DNA of 63,344 nt, the filler included, from Choristocarpus tenellus KU-1152 (taxonomy: Eukaryota > Protista > Phaeophyceae), in assembly GCA_964200185.2 (NCBI GenBank). It is 11 parts of 11 records of this genome, joined end to end, with 100 filler letters (N's around TTAATTAATTAA, not from the genome) between each part and the next. Parts side by side here need not be neighbours in the genome. Positions count along the whole stretch, not along the records: positions 38,408 to 43,094 come from CAXNAD020013466.1; positions 43,195 to 49,096 come from CAXNAD020009459.1; positions 49,197 to 52,795 come from CAXNAD020019029.1; 8 more parts are not named here. One strand, given 5' to 3'. Numbering within the stretch: the first letter of the stretch is position 1; every line of letters begins with the position of its first letter. Positions 40,330-52,725 of this stretch are shown here, piece by piece. Position numbers and translations under genes: made by a program. Below the pieces are notes generated by a model. It worked only from the letters and a program-made list of their open reading frames with translations, was not told where the DNA came from and did no database searches.

Positions 40330-40701
40330 CGTTCGATGTGGAAAGCAAGTTCTATGTTGTTATACCGTTATTGCCGTATGTCATATACCGTTATACCGAT
40401 CGAGGTTTCCTTGTCAGGAATTTCTGATTCCATTGGAGAATCTTCCAAATAATCGAGGTGGGGAATTTTGTTCAAGAAACCAATCCTGCAACCAGCGATG
40501 TGCATTACTTCGGGAATTTTGCGATGATCCCCCTCTCGTAAGATTCTCATCACTCCACCATTTCGTGCAGGTTTTTGCAGTCTTGCACGTGTCCACCTTG
40601 ACCTCGTCCTCTTGGTTACGGTTTGTCTTGGTCTGTCTGATCCGTCTTGGCCGGTGATTCTCTTTACCACCCTTACCGTCACAGAATCACACGATTAATA
40701 T
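40330..40701 (+). mobile_element. Putative LTR, homologous to 51763-52187
   Basis: Shared blocks GTGGRAAGCAAGTT, TACCGTYATTGCCGTATGYCATATACYGTTATAC, GGTTACGGTT..TGGTCTGTCT and AGAATCAYACGATT; followed by a TGG-starting tRNA complement. Confidence 0.6.
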
Positions 40702-40754
40702 TGGCGACACCGATGAGATTCGAACACCCGCGTGCGAAGCACATAAGCTTAGTA
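40702..40754 (-). pseudogene. 3' half of a tRNA-Ser-like sequence, including CCA, abutting a putative LTR
   Basis: Reverse complement T-ACT-AA-GCTTA-T-GTGC-TTC-GCAC-GC-GGGTG-TTCGAAT-CTCAT-CGGTGTC-G-CCA has a long variable arm, T-loop, G discriminator and CCA. The T-stem is imperfect and there is no D-arm or 5' half. Confidence 0.7.
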
Positions 40755-42726
40755 TTCTTATCTATTCTCATTTATTCAAAAAAATTATGGACTACTATAG
40801 CACGGAATAATATGTGAATAAGTGGTTCAGTAACAGCAAGTCAAAATATATATTCTCCATTCAAGCACTACAATTCGTAAGAAAAATAACGGATTATTCC
40901 ACAAAGAATCAGAAGGTTTTTTGTATATACTTTGTTATTATATTTAATGAATTTCTTATGTGTAAAGTCATATCTGTATCTTCGACAAGAATGTTGTTCC
41001 TTGTATGAACTTTGTAGGTTGAAAACCCTTCGACACCAGACTTCTTTTGACAGAAATCTAATTTCGATGATCCAATCCCATGTGACAATTACGACGGAAC
41101 TGTACACCTACCTGTACTATCCTGTCTATGGGTATGCCACAAAAACGCCGGACCAAGATCGGCGAGCAAGTTGGTAACCTGAGGTGAGTCCAGCACAAGA
41201 TTTGAGTGATTGAAAACGGATGGATGACCGATTGAAGTCCTGAACCCAAAGAGCGAGAATCAAGGCAGGAACAGATCACTTCAACTAGTCGCAGTGTAGC
41301 AATCTGTTAGTACAGTTATAATAGTAGCAGGAGTTAATAATGAGAAGTAGTGCCTCTGACGACAGGTCAGGACAATCCATAAACAAATAATGTGAACATA
41401 ATAATTCCTTGCCTTACATGTACCTTGTTGTTTGGTTCATGACGAGACCTATCCGCAAAAATGTGTGAGGGGTGGGCAAAATAACAACAAAAAATGTTCA
41501 GAATATTTTTTCATTCGCCAGAGCAGCAATCGATTCGAGAGGAAGGAATATAATTTCAATCCCTATTTAATCTATTTTCTGTGTATGAATCTTCCCTTCT
41601 TCTGTCCGCAGTTGATGCTGGCTTGGGGCCTATCGTCATCTCCGTCTATTCCCTTTTCTCTGGCGACTAACAGTAGTTCATCTAATGTTTGTGCTTGATT
41701 TCATGTCTGTTGCAACTTCGTCACCATGTTTCAGGCCCGCTCTGTCGGGGCATCTAGGAAAAGGTGGTGCATACCCAACCATATAGCTACCATTGCCCAC
41801 AGACAACATAGCGGATCGAACTGCATAAGAACAATTTCCTCCTTTTTCCTGAAGCGTAGGAAGATTGTTTCACATGGCAGTGACGGCACATCCCACTTAT
41901 GTCCCTGCAGACTGTTACGCCCTTCAATCCCACACCAGGCCTCAATTGTACCAGGCACCATACTGTCTGGTCCTTGTTCGAAGATGGGTGTGTCCTGGAT
42001 CATTGTATAATTTTGCGCTGAAGATGATATTGATATATCGAGACGCATTATATCTACCTGCCCTTGACCCAATGAAGGATATATCATCGCCCCTGAGGAA
42101 TCTCTTGTACTGGATAGGAATAGGGTCATTGATATGTAAATGATCAGTTGCACCGAAGGTACGAAAACTGGAAGAAATGTGCGGAAAGGAAAAGGCATAG
42201 GGTATGTTTGTATGCAGCACTTCCCTATCCATCCACTTGTCCTTGAAATAAAACAATGACGCATAATGCATTAAGAAAAAACGTGAACATCGCCACAGAG
42301 TCTGAGATACCTTTTCTTTGTCCTGCCTAACGGGGATAGTGATCTGGAACCTTGTCGATGCTCTATTCGAAACCATTCCTACACATCTTCATCACATTGT
42401 TGTCTACCCTGGTGAAAACACAGGACGAACCCTGCGGAGGTTGCAGTCTATTTTTGAGTTTGTGAGTGTTGATGCTGATGATGCCTCTATCGAACTGATA
42501 CTACAAGCGTCAGTAACCTCTCTCTAACATTTCTGTTTTAGGAGATCATCCGTGGAAATGTTTCTAGTCTGTAGTGGAGGAAGGACAACAGAGTCTAAGA
42601 GGGTGAGGGTGAGATTACTCCAGGTCAGGACAGAGCACAGGGATATAGCATAGGCATTCTGTTCAGGCCCGGGGGTGGACGAAGTTTCACCATCGCATGC
42701 GTCCATTATATTGACCACTGACTTAT

Positions 42727-42906
42727 GGCTCAAGGTATCTGTGGGTGTGGTGGCGACTGTCCATTTGGGGTCAATTCTTTCATGTCGCGATTTTTGTGTA
42801 ATTTGGTTACATATGTCGGATGGATAAAATAAGTTCACTTTTGCTGATTTTGGTCGAAATGGACACCCTGGTTTAGACCTCACCCCCCTCCTAGATACTT
42901 TGGGTC
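42727..42906. mobile_element. MITE family A, 3-bp TSD TAT
   Basis: TAT|GGCTCAAGGTATCTG ... AGATACTTTGGGTC|TAT. Confidence 0.9.
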
Positions 42907-43197
42907 TATCCCCTCCCTTCTCTGACTTTGCACAGAGTCAACAAACCTGTCTACCTCTCAATTGGTTTGGCTTACACTAGTAGCTGAGTATGATGTATGC
43001 TACCCATGAACGAGAAAGGGGTCAAAGTATCTTAGGGGGGGGTGGTTTGTGAGGGGGCGTCCGTTTCGGTCAAACCACGTTTTTTTTGCTAACANNNNNN
43101 NNNNNNNNNNNNNNNNNNNNNNNNNNNNNNNNNNNNNNTTAATTAATTAANNNNNNNNNNNNNNNNNNNNNNNNNNNNNNNNNNNNNNNNNNNNCCG

Positions 43198-43236
<39 letters not shown>

Positions 43237-43548
43237 ACCTGGTGTAGTCGAAATAGCGCACCCCCAATAGATCAGAACACACAATGAGCAAAGGTTCTAA
43301 AATTGGCAAGGGCTGGTTTTGCAGTAGTTCACTGTTCACTCCCTCCCAATCTCTTCCATGTATATAGTTGCTCTTGTTTTGTGGGTGGTGTCTGCGTTAT
43401 TGTCTTGAATTACGGTGGGTCTATTACTTATACTATGGTTCATGAGGAGGCGTCAAGGAGACCATTCAGCACGGTAGTTGTGTGAGAGGACCAGCAGTGG
43501 TACTTAGATACTGCCCATGTCGACAACCGTCGTGATGCAGGGTCCACA

Positions 43549-43578
43549 TAGGGTTAGGGTTAGGGTTAGGGTTAGGGT
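43549..43578. repeat. Interstitial (TTAGGG)n tract, 5 units
   Basis: TAGGGT x5; shorter degenerate tracts occur near 38120 and 54095. Confidence 0.9.
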
Positions 43579-43815
43579 CGGGAACAAATGGGACGTAACT
43601 ATGTATGTAAGTCTCACGTAAACTATACATGTATATAATAGTTGCATGCATACTATAGATTAGTCACATGTCAACTATATATAATAATTGCATGAATACT
43701 ATTTGTTGGTCACATGCAAACTACTGTTGTAGAATGAACTGTCCTGAGTAAGAAGAGGCATGACAACATTGGATCTTATCGTTTGTTGTTTTTGATGTGG
43801 TTTTTTCGGAAGCAG

Positions 43816-46800
43816 GAGTGCTGGGGCGCAAGGGGGGGCACAAAGGGAGAGGGGGGAGGATCTCTCAGGAGACCAAGAGCAGGAGGGAGGACAGAGGCTG
43901 GGGCATGACCTGGAGGGTGCGGGTGGAATTCGAAGTACTTTGGATGCGATGAGGGTAGGGATAAGGAGGCAGCTCCAAAGGTTGCGTCTCCTCTTTCTTC
44001 AGGCACGTCCAATAGTATGTCTTGTCTGCATTTTTTTTTTTCCATTGGTGATTGTTACTCTGTCTGCTCAGCATCAGTTTGAACACACGTGTGCGGGGGA
44101 TTCATTCATTCTAATTATATATAAGATGCATGCACAAGGTGATGTCGTATTCTGATTATTTGTGTTTGGGGTCCTCTTGGAAAAGTTCATCTTAGGGGTT
44201 GAGTTACCCAAAAATCTGAGCAAAATCGGACTTTGGTCTGACCATTCAACACAGCGCTACAAAATGCAATGAACGCCTTCCTGATGTAAGACCACCAATT
44301 TGGTACTTTTTTTCTGTGCATGTTGGAACAGGTGAAGGTTTTGTTTCTGTAGTGGAGTGTTACTTACACATGTAGATGGGGGTGGGGGAACTTGCAGGAG
44401 AAGGGAGAGAGGCAGGAGGTGTCCATTACACGACTTCCAACACAAACATTATCCTGCGTAGTGATAGCTTTATTTACTGTACATACCCCGCTCAGTTTTG
44501 AAAAGTGTAAGTGTTGTCTGGGAGCCTTGTAGGGATGCTGTGGTGTTTGTAGTGTAATAGATAAACCTGGTCTTTGTTTGTAAGAGTGATGAATGCAGGT
44601 ACAAGCACACCAGTCAATTAATTACATAAAAATAAGATCGTCCCCATTAAAAAGTAAATAAGCCAAGGGCTTCGGTCACTTGAGAGGACAATGTCACCCT
44701 TCTTGTCTGGGATAAAATCGCCTCTCCAGTCAAGTCCAAGGAAGGGTTTGTAACTGTCACATTGTGAACTTAAAGCGAAGGGTAACTCGTATAGAATGAC
44801 AACAGACAACAGAGTTGAAATAAGCTTCACAATGAAAGCCTATCTATGTATAGAGTTGAAACAAAATTGACATGATGTTCATTCCCTCGAGGTTGACAGA
44901 GTCTTTTGTGGTGCTCTGGATGCCTGCTTGCCTGAGAGTGCATCCATCTATCTCCAGTACCCTGTAGTAGTCCTGGACTCTTCTTGCTGCTATTTCAGAT
45001 ACTGTATAATAGTTGCAGTCACTGTTTGAAAGGGTTTCATAGCGTTTGTTTAGCAGTGGGTGAAGTGGAGGTTCATTATTTATTACCAGGGGTTTTTTTT
45101 GGACAGAAGATGAGTTTTTAACATGTAGTCTCAACATGTAAAATGTTGACATTTGAAGTTAGTACAGAGAGGGGCATTCATACTTTGTCCTCACGCATAC
45201 ACACACACACACACCTTCATGCACGCACGCCTCTTAAAATATAAAATTACTTTCCTCCACACACAGAAATAATTTTATTTTTTTTGCGAGGTGCATCCCT
45301 ATTCAATTTTTTCAAATTTGGTAAGATAATGAATGATGCATCCAAGAGCAATGTGTTTTTGTACTCTATGTAGAGTTAGTGTTGCTGGACAAGAATGGGA
45401 AGTAGAAGCTGGCGTACACGCCTACCCATGGTGGTTCGTTGCATTCACTTGTAGATCGGGCGGTCTGTCTGGGCTCTCCCGTTTTGTTTGCCACAAGGCT
45501 TGTCCTTAGGATTAGGACCTTGGTTGGGGTTTGAGGAATCGAAGTCAGGAGTCTGAAACCTGATGGTGTGTGTGGCTTGCTTCCCCTTTGCATGACGCCA
45601 CCTCACTGCATGCAGTCCCTTGGTGTAGGCAGTGTTTGTTGCAGGAGGGTAACGCCTTCCAGGGAAAAGAAACCTTTTTTGGTACAATTAATGAAGCTGA
45701 TTGGGTGTCAATCCGTTCTTGGATTAATTATAATCAGGGTGTATAGTTTTTGGTTGCAAAAGACGCAGGCGGCTTGCCTAAGCAAAGATGTATGTATATT
45801 CCGGAGTACCATGCACGATGTACTGTATGCAATATACCTGAACTTCAAAGTGTCTGCAACAAGGCAAAAATGCGATTATTTTTTTTTTTTCCATAACGAT
45901 CAAGTTAAACCCCTCCCTCCCCTTCTTCCCCCACGCGCCAACCACATTTTAAAAAGGTGTACCCTCTGTTGCACCTGACAAATGAGGGTACTTATCTGGC
46001 CTTCCAGTGGATGTACCTTTTCCGAATGTCAGCCTTCTTCTCACCAGATCTACGCCTCACGGGCATGGTGGTCCGACGAGCAACCATGGACGACTGGGTC
46101 TCAGGCAAACTTCCAACAGCAGCAGGGTCAGGTGGGGAAGGTGTGCAGGGAGGCGGTTTGGGTGGGGAGGGCTCCGGGTTGAGCCGGCTTCGGGGCAAGG
46201 CTGGTCAATATGGTCGTCTAGCTTTGATCGCGGCCGTGGTAGGTTTCAAGATTATGGAGTGGTGGACGGCCATGGATGCCCAGGTAAGGTGTCAGGGGAG
46301 AGAGGGTTTGCAGCAGATGGAAATATGTTTGCAGTGGGGTGTGTATGTAATGTAGTTCGTCTATCTCCCTTGTCCTTTTGGCTGACGAGTTTGCTGATGA
46401 AAATGCGCTGATTGCTTTTTGTCGGGGTGGGTTCCCAAGTAGGTGTAGGAAAAAGGTACATGGCTTGTATGTACCTCATGCTGTCTGTGGTTGGGCGTCA
46501 ATTCCTTCCCCCTGCTTCCACCGCCATCACCCCCTTTCAAGTGGCCCTGGTACTCTTAACTTTTGTTGTTTGTGAAATGATCACCTATATACAATTAATT
46601 AATTAGTTCATGGTCCTGCCATAAGGAAGGAAGGCGGCATTCAATGTTATAGATACTCCAATGTAGTAGTTAGTAGTACTAATCAATTACTTTTGTTTAT
46701 TTGTTTTTATTTTATTGTGTAGCATACTGTTCTTCTATGGATAGATAGATACACTCACACACACACACACTCATAAAGTGCACCATATTGTTAAGTAATT

Positions 46801-47198
46801 AACTTGGAGGTGAGGATTAATTCACTCAGTACTGTGTAGATACACTGCAATGACGTTTCTGCCTCATAATCCAGTGAAAAAAGTATTTCATGCCATGCAT
46901 GGCTCTCCCAAATTTGTAGGAAGGGGCAAGATGGCGAGGCTCACGGGCCACCTCTCCACCTCCACCACCAAGACCCCCTCTCCCAGCTCCTGGAGGGTGT
47001 GGTGTGCCTAGTGACCCTGGAGCCTGCCCTGTTTGTCGTGGCTCTCGTGTCAATGCAAGCCTCTGCAAAGCTTCTGGGTTTGTCTTTTGCTATGGATGTA
47101 TTGCAGGTCATATTAGGGAGAGGGGGGAGTGCCCTGTAACTGGGCTGCCTTGTGGGCCCAGCTCTGTGGTGAAACTGTTTGATGAGGAAGGAGGATGA
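43816..47198 (+). CDS. PEX12: Peroxin PEX12 (Pex2/Pex12 domain + C-terminal degenerate RING), 5'-partial; exons 43816-44002, 45957-46283, 46920-47198
   Basis: RLRLLFLQ|VYPLLHLTNEGTYLAFQWMYLF, AVVGFKIMEWW, a PPPPRPP linker and CPVC..NASLCKASGFVFCYGCIAGHIRERGECPVTG match the PEX12 pattern. The first listed intron needs a GC donor. Confidence 0.88.
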
Positions 47199-49269
47199 GG
47201 TCCCTTCTCAGGCATAGAGGGGGGGGTAGGTAGTCTCTTGTTCATTGTTGTCAGCCCCCATGTGGAACAAAATGAGAAGAATTGATTGAGTGTGTGTGTT
47301 TTATAGAGTGTAACAATGATATATATATGTACATAGGGTTTGATTTAGTTAGTCCCAGGTATGGTGTACACAAATCTCTTGACACTGTGTTCGTTATGGA
47401 TTCAAGTTTTCAACCTGAAAGTAGGGGAACATGTGTGTTTGTTGATTGATAGATAATTTCAGCACATGATAATGCCATCTATGGAGGGGATACCTCAAAC
47501 AATTTGAGTTTTTTTTAAAGTAACTTACATCATTGGAAGTAAAACAAGAATATCATATTTATAGCAATAGAACAACAGCCTCCGAACCACTGTGCCATTA
47601 TAATTGGATACATTCATTCACCCCCTATTATTTATTTTTATAATCAATGGCATTACTCGACAATGGAGAGTGTTGATAAGTTTAGCTCTCCACTGATCCT
47701 TCTCCAATGACTAGCAGTACTATGTCGTTGTTAAGAACTGGGTGAAGAAAGGACTGTCTACTTCCCAGGAGTACAGAGACCAACCAACCTTTTGGCTGTG
47801 CCAATCAATGAAGATTATGTGCAAGGTGAAGCTGTGAAGGAGAGAGTAATTGCTTTGTTAAACCAATTTATTATATAGTGAGACTTCTGCTATTTTTTTC
47901 CTAGACTTAGGACTTCTTACACTGTAAGAACTAAAAAGATAAGACTATTAAATTTTCTTATTTTTAAAAGGCATTATGCTGCCGTTGGTTTCTTTCACAG
48001 ACATACATATACTGATAGAAACCCTTCAAAAGTATAGTTTATTGTAGAAAATTCTTCCCAAATTTCAAATCTTACGCTTCCAGTTATGCATGAACAAATC
48101 ATCATCCCTTGTTTACTCATGAAAAATTTTTCCAAGATATATTTCGTAGTTACACAACTTATCCTCCTCAGTCTTTTAATTTCAATTTACTGCTAAAAAG
48201 AAATACTACATTCTAAAAAATAAACAAGAGAAATTATAACCCCCAACAATATTTCCATGCCCGCCATAGAAAATGCATTCACCATTAAACATACATATGC
48301 ACTGAATCATCTTCTAATAAAAGGCATTTTTTGTGTGCTTTATCTTTTTATTCTTTCACCTGTATGATTTTTTTAATTGGTGTTTCTGATTGAGAGATCG
48401 GTTCAAACATTTTCCCAGAATTTTGTCAAAGCATATGCTGCAAATGCTGTGTAGGATGAATTTTTTGAAAAGATGAAAGAATAATTATTAACTTTATATT
48501 TTTATTTTATTTTTTCTCAGCGCCGTTAAAAGTTTCAAACTTGATTCGATTGGTGTGACACACCCACCCAAAGGTTCCGAGGTTTGCCAAACGTCTCAAA
48601 AGCTGTTACATTTTTTTTAATCTTGACTGTATATACTCTACCAAATCGAGGAAGGGTGCCAAAGGAAAAGCGGTTGCCACTATCAACTGTAAGAACTACA
48701 AAAATAGAAATAAATAAAAATAGATGCGTGTCCACCCAGCCCATTCTTTTTACATACACTTCAGTGTCCTCAGTTCTTATCTGAACTGGGCACATACTGT
48801 CTCCTGCTAGACAAGGGCAGATAGAGCTGATGTTCTACTTTCTTTCCATGAATATGCAGAGGCTATATCCCAGGAACCCGATAACCCTAAAACCCCAACC
48901 CCAAGTTCAACCATGGTAAAATAAGAATAAATCCATTGCAAGATGGACCATAAAAACTGGTCTTGTGAATAGGCTCTACATATACAGTCTGCCTCCCATG
49001 GATAGTGTTTCTGCATGCTGTGCTATCACCATACTCATCCACCCAAACTAGACAGATACCTATCTCCCTCCCTATAGCACAGTGCCCCCCCCCCCCNNNN
49101 NNNNNNNNNNNNNNNNNNNNNNNNNNNNNNNNNNNNNNNNTTAATTAATTAANNNNNNNNNNNNNNNNNNNNNNNNNNNNNNNNNNNNNNNNNNNNGCGA
49201 TCCTGGTGGGTCGGGCGGGGCCACACTCCGCCCCCCCCGAGACGCCCCCCCCCCCCCCCCCGCCCAAAC

Positions 49270-51290
49270 ACTTTGAGCCAGTTTACACTCCACATTGACC
49301 AACTCAGAAAAGGGCTCAAGAGGTTGGGGTTAAAGGTATTGGAACACCAGGTCAATGTCAACGTCACGTAGTGGACCTTCGATGGAGTATAAGATGGAAA
49401 GAAGGATCTTGGGCAGTGATGCATCACATTTTCGTGAGCGAGGATTGATACAGTGGTTGTCATTGATATGAGCAAATGCAAATGGATCAATGAGCCGCTG
49501 GAAATGCTGCACTTGTGGCAGCAAGTCGGGAGGACTAGGTGAGGCCATAAGGTGCCATTTTTTCCTAGGGACTGGGTTAGAGTTTCAAAGAACTGCAAGA
49601 TCAAGGAAGGATAATTCACGAGAGAATGTGCATCTTGTGGCTAGTAAGGGCACACAGCAAGGGATTGTCACGGGGGAAAACCTACAGGGCAGCCATAAAA
49701 AAAAGACACAAGAGAAGATACTTCATCTTCACCAAGATGGGGTACATTGCCAAGGACTGCAGTAACCGGCCCAATCAGAGTGACAGGAGAACACTGATAA
49801 GATCTCAGGTCAAAACCACATGGGAGCTCAGATGGCGACCACGATGGACACAGTTAAACTGTGCAATTGCTATTTAAGATACAGTAATTGACTGGATTGA
49901 ATGGGCATTGGACATAGAGATGACAAATCACATGTGGTCAGATGGAAGTGACATGATCAAGTTCAAACCAGTGTCGGGCACTGCAGTGGAGCTTGCCGAT
50001 AGAAGATTTGTGGAGGTCAAGGGTTGTGGAACAGTAGAGGTAAGGATGAGGATGAAGCAGTTCAACGGAGCACCAAAAATGGCTGTGTTCGAAAAGGTAG
50101 CACTAGTACTAGACTTGGGGTGGAGTCTAATATCAGTAAAGAGCGCTTTGAACATTTCAGGCTATGGCATTCACATGAGGGGTGACACAGTGGTCCTGGG
50201 CGATGATGATGACACATGTAACTTTCATTGTCAGAAAGGACTATGTATATTGTCGAGATACAACAGCTTGCAGCATTGGGGACGGTTCTTGCGGCGACGC
50301 CAGTTAAACAGAGAGATATCATAGAAATGCACAAAACATGCTGGGGCGCCCACATGAACAGCTCATGCGAGTCACAGTCAAGTGGTACGACATCAATTAG
50401 GGTGCTCCACAGCAAAAGTGTGCAGAAACATGGTATCCAAGACAATGGACAACAGAGCATAAAAACAGCCGAGATGACTATTTGTGGACCTGATGAAGTA
50501 AATGGGGGGTGGTAAGCCTAGGAGGAAAGTACTATGCCATGACCTTTGTTGACGACCACTCTAGCATTAAGTGGGCGTGGTTCCTGAAGAACAAGAGCGA
50601 TGCAGTAGACGCACTCAAAGGATTCATTGTTGATGGTGCTAAACCAACAAAGCGGAGCATTGGTGCCATTCGTACCGATGGAGGTGGGGCCAAAGGAGAG
50701 TTCCATAAGTTGCTAAGAAGCTGTCTAGCTGGCACGAGACGACTATGCCTGATACACCTCAGCACTATGGGATGAGGAGAGGGTGCTAGATCTGCTGAAA
50801 GAGAAAACAGTGGCTATGCTGGAAAGCATGCAGGAAGGAAGCAATCAGAACTTTTGGATGGAAACAGTGAGCATAGCATGTGCGGTAACAAACACTTGTG
50901 CTACCACCATGAACAAAGGTGGCACACCACTGTTCGAGAAGTGGCATGGCTGCCAGGCGAACCTAAATGACATTCATTCATTTAGCACCATGGCGTACTT
51001 TTGAGACACAAAACAGATCCACAAACCAGCACCACCTGGGCGCAAATACATCATACTTGGATGACCACCAAACATTCCGAAGGGCATTATAAAGGTGCTT
51101 GGTCTGGCAACACGAGTGATACTGGTAAGGCAGGATGTGAGTTGGCATCCACAGGAAGAACAACAACATGAGACCAAGCAATCCCATAATGAACGGCAGT
51201 GAGACCCCCCGGACCTGGTGGTACTGTGGAGCAGTTTGACAAAGTGACAAAGAACTAATCTGAGGGGGGGAAAGGGTCACACAGGTCTCC
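49270..51290 (+). mobile_element. Decayed Ty1/Copia gag-protease-integrase
   Basis: Degenerate knuckle (KMGYIAKDC), protease-like WALDIEMTNHM, and integrase GGKYYAMTFVDDHSSIKWAWFLKNKSDA..IRTDGGG..EF and FWMETVSIAC..TPLFEKWHG; many stops and frameshifts. Confidence 0.92.
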
Positions 51291-51293
51291 AGA

Positions 51294-51457
51294 GGCCCAT
51301 AGTATTGTAGAGGGGGATAAGGCACCCATTTGGGGCCTTTGTGATATTGTAGTAATTTTCATGTCAAATGAATGAATGTGCCAGGTGTATGGGCAATTTC
51401 TTTCATCTGGACACACCTTCCTCTCCTGTCCCCCTGCCTGGAACAAATCCGAAGAAA
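51294..51457. mobile_element. Left arm of a family D MITE, interrupted by a family B copy
   Basis: GGCCCATAGTATTGTAGAGGG...GTATGGGCAATTTCTTTCATCTGG matches 35748-35910. Confidence 0.6.
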
Positions 51458-51458
51458 T

Positions 51459-51715
51459 GAGTCAAGGTATCTAAGAGGGTAGAGCTGCGTCCGTTTGGGG
51501 CCAAAACCCAATGTTACGATTCTGATGTAATTTTGGCTATCATGCTTGTTAGGAAGTATCAATATCCTTGTTCCGGACACACCTTTTCATAACATACACA
51601 TTTTACCTGCTCCGAAACATTTTGGAGTAGGAAAATGCCATAAAAAACTCATGGGAAGTCAAGCCCCAAACGGACAAACAGGGCAAAACTCGTACCCTCT
51701 AAGATACTTTCACTC
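51459..51715. mobile_element. MITE family B, 3-bp TSD AAT
   Basis: AAT|GAGTCAAGGTATCTAAGAGGGTA ... TACCCTCTAAGATACTTTCACTC|AAT. Confidence 0.9.
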
Positions 51716-51762
51716 AATATTACCTGCAAAAAAGGCATCAAATTGGTTTTTTAATAACACCC

Positions 51763-52187
51763 CATCAAAGTGGGAAGCAAGTTTGTCTGTTATCATACCG
51801 TCATTGCCGTATGCCATATACTGTTATACTGATTGAGGTTCCTTGTCAAGAATCCATGATTCCAGTGGAGGATATTCCGTGAGAATGAATCCATGGAATC
51901 TCTTCAAGAGACCAGTTGCACAGGTATGGGACAGACTCCTCTTCATTCAGAGTTGTCAAACATGAAAGATTCATTTCGTTCTCATGTCTTGATTTTTCTG
52001 ATGATCCTCTCTCACTAGATCCTCAGTTTGTCAGTCCTCACAGTTTTTGTACAAGCTATCTTGCACTTGTCTAACCTTAACCTCATCCTCTCGGTTACGG
52101 TTCGTCTGGTCTGTCTTGTCCAGTGATTCTCTTCACCACCCTTGCCTGAGTGAACCACACCGCTATAGAATCATACGATTCATATCA
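51763..52187 (+). mobile_element. Putative solo LTR
   Basis: Homologous to 40330-40701, ends ...ATATCA, and ACCC(C) occurs on both flanks; the 5' TG is not preserved. Confidence 0.55.
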
Positions 52188-52630
52188 ACCCCTGAATTGA
52201 TCATTGGGGCTAAACCTCTCCCCTCGAGGATACTATGGTCACCCAAAGATCTAGGGGATCAGTGACAACAACAGTGTCCAGAACACTTGGGCAGATAAGT
52301 AATCCCTGAACTGGACAGGCTTATCCAACAATGCCAGGTTGAGCGAGAAGCAGAATGATGGAAACATCGGCTGATCAAGAAGCTACTGGTGAGGATGCTA
52401 CTGTCAACAAAAATGGCTTGGCATACGGCATTTTGATTAAATGAGAGGGATGATCAAATCGGCGGGAACAACGGAGGAGCAGGTACATGAGAATATGGCA
52501 ATGCAAGGTCTGGTCATGGCGGAGGGATTGGCAGGTGACCTACCGCCTGAACCAACAAATCTGTCACAAGCACTCTTTCGTTGGCAGAATCAAGGCACAT
52601 TGGGAGAGGGCATTTGAAATTGAAATGGAG

Positions 52631-52725
52631 GACCCAAAGCATTTAAGATGGTAGGAATGCGTCCGTTTGGGGTCATAAATCCGATGATGCGATTTTGATG
52701 AATTTGACTATCATGTTTATGAGCA
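52631..52725. mobile_element. Partial family B-variant MITE
   Basis: GACCCAAAGCATTTAAGATGG...CGTCCGTTTGGGGTCAT matches the start of the 7103 copy. Confidence 0.65.

Noticed and set aside
43549-43578. Chromosome end
   Set aside because: Only five units, with unique sequence on both sides.
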